A DNA stretch of 59,532 nt, counting the filler, from Sphacelaria rigidula (Eukaryota): the NCBI GenBank assembly GCA_964200075.2. It is 7 parts of 7 records of this genome, joined end to end, with 100 filler letters (N's around TTAATTAATTAA, not from the genome) between each part and the next. Parts side by side here need not be neighbours in the genome. Positions count along the whole stretch, not along the records: positions 34,077 to 42,495 come from CAXNAA020011208.1; positions 42,596 to 51,014 come from CAXNAA020011209.1; positions 51,115 to 59,532 come from CAXNAA020011210.1; 4 more parts are not named here. One strand, 5' to 3'. Below, in pieces: positions 40,450-51,469 of this stretch. The position numbers and the translations under genes were made by a program. The number at the start of each line of letters is the position of its first letter. Within the stretch, counting starts at the first letter, position 1. The notes beneath the pieces were generated by a model. The model searched no databases and was not told where the DNA came from. It saw only the letters and a list, made by a program, of their open reading frames with translations.

Positions 40450-41353
40450 TGTAATCTACTCTACCCCCGGCCTTGGTGTGTAGTGGCTGGGATTTGGCTG
40501 GGACCATACCCAGCTGGTTGACATCGAGATTGCGGGGAGTTCTTGGGCTTTGGACTTTGTTTTTCGATCCTTGCATTAGCCGTTTCACTCAGACCCGCGG
40601 TCGAAATATACGCTATGAAAGACTACAGTGCGACTCAGCCTCCCCTGGCGGAGGTACGTCATTGCAGTGGCGAGCTAAAGGTAGTCGTCCCCCGCGCTAG
40701 AAAATATACGCCATCAAGATAATGACTCAGATGTGAAAACCCGAGCAAGGGCATACCACCGATATGTAAGAAATGAAAGTAGTCACGAGGCGTATAGTAG
40801 AAAGTCATACATGCTACAATTATTTTAGAGTATCGTACCTTACTTTATTATTTGTTTTCTTTCAACAACGTTTTCGTGGGATTGAGAGCGGGACGCTGAT
40901 TGAGAGTGGCTTTTGTAGTTCGCTTCAACTTGGCCAATTTTTCATTTCGTGTGTGCTTTTTTTGCCTTCATCACCAGCGTGTGTTTACAGCTATTTTACA
41001 CGTCGCAAGGGCATCTTCTGTGGCAAGCTACTACAGAAAGCATATATCGGGCCTCGTGGAGGGGCAATTCGGAACTGAAACGATTAGTTTACTAATTGAC
41101 CGCTTTTCACTCTCAATCGTATCCTCTGCTCTCAATATCACGAAAACATTGTTTTATTCCGTTTGGTGGCGGCACCAATGATAAGAGTGGTGGGAGCGGA
41201 AGTGCCCGACCGATGTAACGGCGCTGCTCCACCACGCCTTCTGTTCCTGTTCGATTTTTGCGCTTGATAATACTTGTAGGGGGCATATCTGATCTGATTT
41301 TCGTACGCTACCACGTGATCGGTTTTGTTTCGCTTGATTATGCTAAAGCATGG

Positions 41354-41810
41354 AACACGGGATTTTACAAAGTGGGCAGTGATTTTTCATTGAGGATGAT
41401 CAACCCGAAGAATTAACATTTCCGTATCGACACAAAATCTTCGAAATATGGTTCCATTTCTTCACTTGCTGGTATTATAATAGCTATTATTGGCAACTGA
41501 ACTACTACACGCCATACCAATTTGGATTTCGAAAACCGAAATTTTGAGGACCTAGATGACATTTGGGTGGGGGGGGGGGGGGGATTCCGGCGAATTAACC
41601 GGATCATCTGAATTCCCCAAAATTGTTTATTCACCTAGGATCCCAACATGTCGGTTGTCAGGATCCAAAATTGTACGGCGTGTAGTAGTTGCCAATAATA
41701 GCAAGCTACCAGTAGGTGGATGAGTGGAACTACATTTCAAAAATTTTAATTCTCCGGGTTCTCATCCTCAATAGAAATATCAATCCCAAATTAAACAAAA
41801 TCCGTATCAA
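41354..41810. mobile_element. Diverged copy of foldback element (see 48235-48677)
   Basis: Shares AAATCTTCGAAATAT.GTTCCATTTCTTCAC, CACCTAGGA and CAGTAGGTG..GA..GAAC with the 48.2-48.7 kb element. Confidence 0.65.
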
Positions 41811-43342
41811 TGGCGCTCCTGTTGTTGCCGTGTGCAATGTGTCACCGACTAAGTAGTGTTTCATCCTACGGTAGATACACTCTGAATGGTAGATGAGATG
41901 TATGTCTATCCTCTTGTCTTCGGTGAGGCTACGTAGGGCAGCGCACGGACACGGAAACTAACACAACATGGTGAAACAGTGACTTCGGCGTATATAAGAG
42001 GTAAACAATATATAGCCGCACGATATCCCCACGTTGCCATATTCCTAGATTGTGGTCACATGCGGTCACGTGGTTTCACCATATCGTCTGACCCTTGCAG
42101 TGAGCAAGCCACACAATTGACGGAGTTCACATTCATACTGCTGACTACCAAATTACTTCGGGTCAGATTATTCTCTGCTCACTATTATAGCTACTTGAGT
42201 GTAGTGTGGCAAAGACCCGCGCCTGGTACTGTACAAGCGGTCACAACGACTTCGACACGAAAGGAAATGTACACACGTCGGACAGGTCATGATCTACCTA
42301 AAAATACAAATCGACGAAAACTCTCAGATCTGTGGTCCACTACACAAAATATATATGTGACGGCAGGGTCCGAGAAGCCAAAGCGCTACGTTTACGCTAC
42401 TACCCCGCATGCTCGGCGTCCAGCCCTGCAGGGAGCAAATAACAGCCGATTTTCGAAAATGGGGTTGAAAAAAAAAATGAGGTTCAACTCAAAAGNNNNN
42501 NNNNNNNNNNNNNNNNNNNNNNNNNNNNNNNNNNNNNNNTTAATTAATTAANNNNNNNNNNNNNNNNNNNNNNNNNNNNNNNNNNNNNNNNNNNNCCCCC
42601 CCCCCCCCTAAAAAAGAAGTAGAAATGGCGGTTTCGGACAGCGCTGTAAGATCACAGAGTCGATAAAATGCGCTGAAGAAGTATCTACGCGATCGAGGGG
42701 CATTAGGCCGGCAAGAAAGTTGTTGGGCTCCATCGCTGAAAGCGTGGAGAAAGTACTGTTTTGAGCTCGAACCTCATTTGATAGAATCCTCTGTTTAGAG
42801 CTTGAAAGGTGTAGGTGTACTGCCGTGTGCGTCCTAGCTTTGTGTTTTTAGCCGCACCACTCGGTCGGTGCAGAAACGCCATATCCTCGGCTATGTCTTC
42901 GTTCGCCTGCTCTACCCATTCGTTCGGTTCAAACCGTAAAGAGATTTATTTGCTGTTTTTTCATGAATGGGCTGCTACTCTTCTCGATAGTTTCAAATGA
43001 CGACTGACAGTAACACGACTGATGATGAAATAGAGTTGAGACGGCCAAACATAGTTCCGCACGGTTCGTGTTCTAGTCCGTCAGAGAACGGAGTTTTGAA
43101 TTCACATCAAGAGGAGCCCCGAGTATTCCTTAGTGCAGCGCAGCTGGGCCTCTACAGCGTTTTAGCTTCGAATCGAAAGCGACGACTGACAACGAAGTTC
43201 CGCCTCGTCGCTGACCGGCCTATTCTGTGCCATCCGTCCCCATCGTGCGTGAAATAAGGAAACAAACGTGCACGAGGACGAACGTACGTGGTCGAAGTGC
43301 ACAGAATAACAACACTGGTGTGACCACTATCTCATCATTACC

Positions 43343-44788
43343 ATGGTAAACCCCTACGCGGTCGGAGAACGGGCTGTCCTACAGAAGTCGAAGGTCAAGC
43401 TGTTCGACCTTGTCTGCAAGAATGCCACGGAGGAGCAGTGGGCGGAATGGCTGAGGGTGCCGCTAGAACATGCTGCTGCTGGGGGTGATGTAGCCCTGGT
43501 GAATGATCTTCTCGCAGCCGGAGCTAATGGGGAGGCCGGCTGGAAGGGTTGCCACAACCGGACCCTGCTATGTGCGGCCGCGCAGGGCGGAAAGCTGGAG
43601 GTGGTAAGGGCCTTGATCAAGGCAGGCGCTCGACCAGACGTGAATGAGCCTGGCGGCAAGCAGCTACGATCACCGCTGCACTATGCTGCACTCAATGGAT
43701 GTGAGGGAATCGCGGAGGAGCTGTTGCTGAGCGGGGCTAATCCCAATGACAAGGACAGTGAGGGCATTGCTCCCATCTATACCGCCGCCGAACTAGGCTA
43801 TGAGGGAATCACGTCTCTGCTGCTAAAGGCGAGGGTGGAGGTGGACGTGCGGGGCTTTGATGATACCACCGCTCTACACTGGGCTGCGATGAGCGGACAC
43901 TTTTCGGTGGTGATGGGACTGTTGATAGCTGGCGCCTCTGTATCTTTGAGAAGTAAGAAGGGGCGCTCGGCGCTAGACTTCGCCGTCATGGGAGGACATT
44001 TGGATGTAATTAGGTTGCTTGGGCAGCGCGGGGAGCATGTGAGCTGTGCAGAAAGCAAGGACACCGTTCTGCACTTGGCGGCGACCCACAACCAAGCAGG
44101 CGCTGTGGATGTGCTGGTTGACGTCGGGTGTGATGTCCGAGCGCGTGGTAGACATGGCGCCACACCTCTTCATTTTGCTGCGTGCAAGGGAAACTGCGGT
44201 GCTTTGTCTGCCTTATTGCGACACCACGCGAACGTAGACGCCAAGGCTGCCAAGGGCAGGACGCCGTTGATGTGGGCCATCAGTTGCCTGCATCAGGAAG
44301 CTGCGGACCTCCTGCTGAGATGGGGTGCTGACGAGAATAGTGCCGACGACGAAGGCCGCTCTGCTAAACAGTTCATTGGAATCAGCCTACAAAAGGCCGA
44401 ACGTGAAGGGAGACGGCGGGACGTGGATAATATTCACAAGCTACTAGCGAATGCCCCGGCGGATAGAGCATGGCGACGGCGGGGATTGTTGCTGCTATGT
44501 CGCGCTTTCTGGAATAAGGCGTGGTTCGGTACAGTCAACAATCAAGATCGTGGCAGCGTGGCGAAGAAGGGTAAAGCGAGCAGCCGGACCAGCACCATCA
44601 CGCTCGACAGAACGCAGAAAATGGACGCGCACACCAGCAGTGGTGATTCTGCTGGGGAGGCAGAGAAGGCTACAGCGTGCATCGCCAAATCTGAGCACGA
44701 AGCTCGGCGTGGTTCGTGCAGTGTTGAGGTCAGGGTGGTAGGAATGGAGGAAGATATTATCTTCCGTCGCATCGTGACTTTCTTGTAA
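43343..44788 (+). CDS. Intronless ankyrin-repeat protein, 481 aa
   Basis: Uninterrupted ORF in good ACCATGG context. About nine ANK repeats (SPLHYAALNG, TALHWAAMSG, TVLHLAA, TPLHFAA, GRTPLMWA). The C-terminus is APADRAWRRRG...EEDIIFRRIVTFL. Confidence 0.93.
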   Translation: MVNPYAVGERAVLQKSKVKLFDLVCKNATEEQWAEWLRVPLEHAAAGGDVALVNDLLAAGANGEAGWKGCHNRTLLCAAAQGGKLEVVRALIKAGARPDVNEPGGKQLRSPLHYAALNGCEGIAEELLLSGANPNDKDSEGIAPIYTAAELGYEGITSLLLKARVEVDVRGFDDTTALHWAAMSGHFSVVMGLLIAGASVSLRSKKGRSALDFAVMGGHLDVIRLLGQRGEHVSCAESKDTVLHLAATHNQAGAVDVLVDVGCDVRARGRHGATPLHFAACKGNCGALSALLRHHANVDAKAAKGRTPLMWAISCLHQEAADLLLRWGADENSADDEGRSAKQFIGISLQKAEREGRRRDVDNIHKLLANAPADRAWRRRGLLLLCRAFWNKAWFGTVNNQDRGSVAKKGKASSRTSTITLDRTQKMDAHTSSGDSAGEAEKATACIAKSEHEARRGSCSVEVRVVGMEEDIIFRRIVTFL

Positions 44789-45597
44789 ACGGTGAGACTG
44801 GTTGGTTTTGTCAGAGTCTAACAAGGTGCGGTTGGTGCGAGAGTGAGGCGGGTACGCATGTGATGAAGTTAATCAGGTAGTCCCGATCAAATAATTGATC
44901 GGGAAGATGGGTGGTTCGAACCCTGGATCGTACCTCGCGCTCACCTCCTTAGTGGGGTACTCGAGATCAAAGCTATTGAGCTACCACACGAATAGAGATC
45001 ACGATTGGTACACGCTTTGTGATCCGTACGTATTTTGCACTCGTTATCCCTACATCGTGGGCAAGAGGTGAATTTTGGCATTTTCCCCGGCTGTGACTGG
45101 TGTACTACGCGTCAGAGCGTGTGGGATCGACTTTCGCTCAAACGGGCTTCTACAGCAGGACGCCTTTGACGCATACGGCGACGCAGCATGAACACGTTTT
45201 TGATGTTGAGGACGAAGCGTCGTACTTGCCACTACAAGAAAGTACGGAGACGCAGATAGCGCGGATGAGACGAGGGCGAGATGGTTACGTTCACACTCGT
45301 GAAGGATGGTGACGACTGGGTGTCGCGTCGTCAAGGATAGCGATAGTGCTGGTGTTGATGGTTCGGATACTGGAAAGAGCGTTCGCTATGGAGCGTTGGG
45401 GGTGTGGGAGAGCAGAAAAAGTAGATATATCAAATAGCTGCTGTCCATTCTACAGGCCGCGGGTCGAGATGCGTGTACTTGATTTCGGACAATATGTTTA
45501 TATGTCGCCCATCGAACCCCTCCCGTTTCTCGGGATGAGCCCGTGGTCTGAAGGGATCAACCCATCCCTCCCCGGTACACGCTTTGTTTATTTTTTT

Positions 45598-45870
45598 GAG
45601 CCATGCTACGATAGCGGGGCGAGGAGGAGGGGGGTGATTCCACGAAAACATGGGCTCATGGGTGCGTCAAACGACCTTACGCACTAGCGATGCGCTTTTA
45701 TTTGGGTAAAAGCGGTGTCAAGCAGTATGAATGAGCGTCAGTTATCGGGAGCAAGCGCGTTTGAACCACCGTTGACTGCTTTCAACGACGATTGGAGTGG
45801 ACTTTCGTGGGAGAAAACGGACCAAAATACTCCCCCCTTCCCCCCCCCCCGCCCTATCGTAGGATGACTC
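45598..45870. mobile_element. MITE, GAG(T/C)CATGCTACGATAG TIR family (copy 1)
   Basis: GAGCCATGCTACGATAGCGGG ... CCCTATCGTAGGATGACTC. Internal homology with 49436-49693 (reverse) and 52515-52781. Confidence 0.75.
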
Positions 45871-46491
45871 TCTTATCTCGCGGATTGGGCTAGCACTACC
45901 GCACCGCGTCAACTCTCGTCAAACAAATGGTACACTATGTTTTGTCTACTCACGTTGTCATGGTTTCGATAGTGGAAATCCGACAACTCGAAGATATAAC
46001 CCAAGGCATCGGGAATCGAAACCACGTTTTCTTCGCCCTAATGGTGACTGGCGGACCATGAGACCACCGAGACGCCAAGCTGCAGTAATTGGTGAGTTTT
46101 ATCGGGGATATTATCAAGTATTCGGAACGGGTGCCACCGCTTTTCTGGCTGGAGTAATTGATGAGTTTAGAGCAGCTTTCGTGACTGTGACAGCATCTTT
46201 TCTTGTTTTCATTTGATGCGGTTTAATTAGCGCGTCTACGATTCGCTCTGATCCATGCACCACTGCGGCAGACTGCATTTGGAGCGGAACTCGCTTCGTA
46301 ACCTACCAATCAGATCGCTCCATTTCGCTTGGGAATCGCCATGGGAGTACATGGGAGTACTCTATAACCAAGTGTTGGTGTTTGTGCGCCAGGGGAGTAC
46401 TCTAAAACCAAATGTTCCTGCGGTCTAAGTCGCAGCGCGTTTCAGCCAAATATAGTATCATAGACAATACAGTTTTGTACACTGCAAGCCG

Positions 46492-46832
46492 GTCGCCCCG
46501 GTGGCTCAGCTGATAACCTCGACACTTTCTGTCGGTTGGATCGCGGGTTCAATTGTCGGAGCGATCTGGGACTTGTTCTCACACCATGCCCAGCAGTGAA
46601 GAGCGACTTTGTCTTGGGTACACAAAATTTGACTTAACGGTCGACGAGGGGAAGGGACTGCTGAATCCCTCTCGCGACAAACAATGAAGGCAAGCACCGC
46701 AGAAGAAAGGTGGGGTACTACAGTAAAAACGAATAAAAACGAAAAGCTCCTGTGTGTCCCCGACTGGTGTGCCCAAATATTCCGAAAGGGGAAGACTGAC
46801 GTCCAGAATAGATAGGATGACAACACACACGC
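46492..46832 (+). mobile_element. tRNA-derived SINE-like element
   Basis: The 5' head has an A-box-like TGGCTCAGCTGA and a B-box-like GGTTCAATT about 45 nt apart. The 3' end GACGTCCAGAATAGAT..ACAACACACAC is also present at about 8830-8890. Confidence 0.6.
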
Positions 46833-48234
46833 ACACTGAACACAATATAGTAGTACAGTACAGTACAGGCGCCCCCAACGCACGGCACCAGCTGGAGTGT
46901 CGCAGCAACGGACATCGCGTTGTTCGTCTTACCGAAGACGAAACAATTAACACACCCATGAAACTTTCAACAGTGTGCAGCCAGCACTGCGTCCCGACTA
47001 ACAAGAATCCCATAAAACGAGGTTGATCAATGAAATGAGGTTTGAGGAGGCTCGCCTGTGTGCGCCAACAATCGGGAGAAGTACCGTCCGCGAGTGCCGT
47101 CGATCATTTTCGGTGAGGGGAAACAAGTGTCGGCCGTTGTACTCACCGTCTTTCGACTGTTCCTGTTTGCCTGCAGCCGGCGGCAGCGTGGAATTCCATC
47201 ATGGGCTGGAAGAAAAACGGCTATCTAACAACAGTTTGTCCCATGTGGATCTGGTGGGTGACGGTCTTCTCGCTGTTACGTGCGTCGAGGCCGGTGTCAA
47301 AACGACGTTCTCCGGCGCTGGTTTGCTCACCAGTGACGTGCTGGAGGAAGGATGGACTGTTACCACAGGGACGTCTTTTGGGAGCAATCACTAGCATGTC
47401 TGGGATGGGATGGATTTTCTCGTTTCGAGCGTGTTTGCACAAGGGAGACAACATTTATTACTCAAACTCAGAAAGTACCGCAAATATGCGTCGAGCACTT
47501 CAACTCGTTTCAAGCATGTATGATGCACCGTTGGTGAACACTCGGCAGTAATGGCAGAGACCATACCGCTGGCACCAGCACGCTCGTCACTCTTCGCCGC
47601 ACATCGGCATTGTCCACTCCAATTCGACCATCTTGTCATCTCGTTATCCAGTCCATTGGGACGTGTCGTGTTACACGACAACACCTCCACACACCTGAAT
47701 TGTACGTTCACAACGGACCCCCAAACTGTATGCGAACCTATCCTTGTTATCCTTCAACTGCGCCACCGCAACCTGAGACTTCAACGTCATCGTTACCAGC
47801 TCCATCATCGACTTCATCGTCATCGTCTTCATCTTCGTTGTCCTCGTCGGACGACTCGCACTGTCCCGTGCAAAGTGTGCCCCTCAACCACCTACGATCA
47901 GACCCCCGGGACTCACCCCGATAGGCCGTCTCGCACCGATCCTACCGCTCCGCTGTCGACTCTCTGGGACATTGCCTGTTACTCCATGTTGATTTCCGTC
48001 TTCACTGCCAAGCGCAGCGGCCAGTAACACGTCTCTCTACTTTCTTTGTGTGGTATGGTCGAAGTTATTTGTATGTCACCAACCGACTCGCCCGCTTCCC
48101 ACGTCAAATAATAGAACGGACACGTGTCTGCAACCTCTAAGTATAGAGCAGCGTCTGGCTGACAAGCTTCCCTTCCGGGATCTAGCATGCGTCTTAGCTG
48201 TTTTGTCGATGCATGCAGCCAACACAAGGTGAAC

Positions 48235-48677
48235 AACACGGGATCTTCCGAATTGGGGATGGATCTTTTGTTGGGGATGTGAAACCCGGGGAAGTAAAAT
48301 CTTCGTATCCACACCAAATCTTCGAAATATTGTTCCATTTCTTCACCTACTGATAGCTATTGCCAACTTCTACAAGCTATGGAAATTGGGATTTCGATCA
48401 CCGAAATGTTGGGGTCCTAGTAAAAAATCAAATTTGGGAAATTCAGGGTGTCCAAACGGACGCCAAAATGGTTCCGAAATTGGTTTTTCACCTAGGACCC
48501 CAAAATTTCGGTGATCGAAATCCCAATTTCTATGTCGTGTAGCAGTTGTAAATAGCTATCAGTAGGTGAAGAAATAGAACAATATTTCGAAGATTCGGTG
48601 TAGATACGAAGATTTTACTTCTTCGGGTTTCTCATCCCAAATAAAAGATTCATCCCCAATTTGTAAGATCGCATGTT
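48235..48677. mobile_element. Foldback element with ~190-bp inverted arms
   Basis: The left arm (...TCTTCGAAATATTGTTCCATTTCTTCACCTACTGATAGCTATT...GAAATTGGGATTTCGATCACCGAAAT) is the near-exact reverse complement of the right arm. Confidence 0.85.
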
Positions 48678-48744
48678 GAACGCGCTGTTCGTCCAGGATG
48701 TGTTGTGGTATAGACTCCAAAGCCCCTCCGGGGGTGTTGTATAC

Positions 48745-50789
48745 CTTGCACTTTCCCCACAGGGGAATATACGGGTACTCAAGCTCTTGGTCAGGCTTCG
48801 TGATGACGTGCAGCTGTCGAACCCGATGGAGTTTCGAGTACCGCGGCGGGAATCAACAGAGGGTACGGCGAAGACAACCGGCGTCGACGTGCATCTCATT
48901 CCGTTCGCGAGAGGGTAGGGGGGGCGTGGGGGTGCAGCAAGCTGACAGGGGACTCGAAAAAATGATGGCTCATCACTCTACTTATGTCTCGGCAAAATGT
49001 GGAGAACCCTAAGACACTGGGACGTGGATACGCGGAGAACTGGCCCCATGGTATGCATAGCCTAAACGCAACCCGGGAGCTAACAGTGCGGAGAACACAT
49101 TGCTGCGAATATTGCAGGATTTCGTCAAAGCCGGGGGACAAACACGCAGTAACACGACACACAGGGCTATACACGACGACACATCGTCACGCCAATGGAC
49201 ATCAACCAGCTATACACCGAAGAGCTCTCGGTAAAGTGAAGGACGCTACGGTAGAGGTAAAAAAAAAGGTTTTGAACTCAGTACTGTGCACTGCCCTCTT
49301 TCGCATAAAAACACGACATACGAAGTATGCGAGGGTACTCCACACTAATTATTCCACTGTGATAGGGGTAACCCGGGTGGATTTGCCAAGGGGATTGCCC
49401 TAACCCATCGTATTGTGCATCAATAATCGTTCCACGAGTCATGCTACGATGGGGAGGTGGGACTTTGGGCCGTATTCTTCGACGCAAGTCCGCTTCAATC
49501 GCCGTCGAAAGCAGTCACCAATTGTTCAAAAAAAGCTTTCTCTCCATAAATAACGCTCATTCAACGTTCTTTACACGGCTGTTACACCAAAACAAGCGCA
49601 CCATGAGTGTTTAAGGTCGTTTGACGCATCTATGAGCACATTTTTTTGTGGAATCGGACACCCTCCCACCCCGTCCCTATCGTACCATGGCTCTTCCTGA
49701 ACCAGGCACTGGTTTATTCGAAAATTATACCCCTACCGCAGCACTGCAGTTGTGAGGATAACGACGGGCACGAGGCGAGGGAAGAGAGTAGATAATGAGG
49801 AGAATGGGGATTATAGCGTGGCTATAAAATACCATCAGGACAAGGAGAAACCACCACTCCGTATCCTGATTCTTATCGGTGGAACGATTCCGCCACGGAA
49901 GAGAAAATAAGGGGAACAGAGCGAGAAGAAATGTTGTGGGCGCCGCCTCACCTCGAGCACCGTAACCCGTGCCGCTATTGCATACGTACTGTTCTCACCT
50001 CCATCTTATAGCCCAGGGCCTGCAAAGCGTCCGTCATTGAGCCTTCTGGCGATTTTCCGGGACGGGGATCCATCAAGTTAGTCAGGGTAATATCCTTGGG
50101 CAAAGCGGACGGGAGGAGTTTTGGTCCCACGTATACTTCGCCGCTGATATCATGCTGCCGACAAACACAACGCATGTACGGTTGTCGTGATTATCGGAGT
50201 ACTCGTTATGTCGCGCTTCAAGGTTTGAGAAGATTTCGGTCGCGAATGACGCCGGCCACTCCGGTAACTACACCGCGGGAAAGCACGGTCGCCCGAGGAT
50301 CCTAATACTCGCAGTAGTGATCGGTTTCTCGGGACTTACGTTGAACATCCCCGACATGACTGCCTTTTGGAAGCCCTTCTCCACACGGCTTTGGACCTCT
50401 TTGATCGGGCCGTTCACAAGATATAGCTCCGTCGGGCGACCTAGCCCAAGAGCGACCTCCAGTAGCTGTGTGTCCTCGACCCCGATACCCTTGACGGCAT
50501 CCCCTGCCATGGTGAACCTGTTCGAATACGAGTGATGTCAATCTGGCGGACCCAACACAAGGTGCTGCAGTATACCCTGTGCGATTCGTCCCTGAATGTT
50601 TATGTCGTGCTGCAAATGTATCGGAAGTCAAAGTCGAACGTATACGAACGTGATGTATGCATTATTCTGACCCGTCTGATATCCCTTTCTCCCCAACCTG
50701 ACAATAGGGCAGGAATCGCATGTCAGACACTCGCGGATGAGTCTGACCACGACGCCGACAGGAACGTCAGTTTTCACGGCTTTGTACAT
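48745..50789 (-). CDS. Unidentified multi-exon protein; exons 50789-50698 (tentative), 50517-50340, 50154-49999, 48813-48745; possible further exons 48197-48135 and an acidic one near 47860-47775
   Basis: Phase-consistent GT-AG exons give FTMAGDAVKGIGVEDTQLLEVALG...MFN|HDISGEVYVGPKLL...ALGYKME|LHVITKPDQELEYPYIPLWGKCK. No family was recognised. Confidence 0.6.
49436..49693. mobile_element. MITE, GAGTCATGCTACGAT TIR family (copy 2)
   Basis: GAGTCATGCTACGATGGGG ... CCCTATCGTACCATGGCTC. Confidence 0.7.
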
Positions 50790-51469
50790 CTCGGCGCCGA
50801 TCGACAGAAAAAAGAAACATATTTGTGTCGTCATATGTACGTCACGACCGCAGGGGGGAAGGGGGAACCCCTACAAAACAAAAATAATCACCTATTGACG
50901 AATGTCGTCAGTATTCTGGGGGAAAAGGAATTGATCGGCCCGCCGATAGGCCCTCCTTGTTTGTATATCAGCTAACAGCCGATCCTAATTTTTGGGGTTG
51001 AAACATAATAATATNNNNNNNNNNNNNNNNNNNNNNNNNNNNNNNNNNNNNNNNNNNNTTAATTAATTAANNNNNNNNNNNNNNNNNNNNNNNNNNNNNN
51101 NNNNNNNNNNNNNNTCCGGACTACTACACGCCTCTCATGTCGGCGAAGTTGCTGCAAACGAGCCCAACAGTGGGATCGCAGCCGGTTCGTTGGATGGTGC
51201 CGGTGCACTTTTTGTGGGGGGGCTATCTCGGCATTAGTCAGTAGTTCAGCATGTTTTCGTTTCAGCAGTCCCACATGTTGAGGGCATGGTTGAACTGACG
51301 TCCGACGCTCTCAACTTCCGTCGACATCATACATACAACAGCATGCGGCTACACGTGCGTTTGATCAAGTCGTGCAGAATTTACGTATCTCGTACACCTC
51401 CACGGATGGTCAGAGCGCCAGTTCTCAACAGTTGTACTGTTTGAAAGTGATATGAGGATTGATACTCAC

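Noticed and set aside
44843-44944. SECIS element or true tRNA gene
   Set aside because: The upstream ORF ends in TAA with no in-frame TGA, SECIS spacing does not fit, and there is no proper D-arm or anticodon arm.
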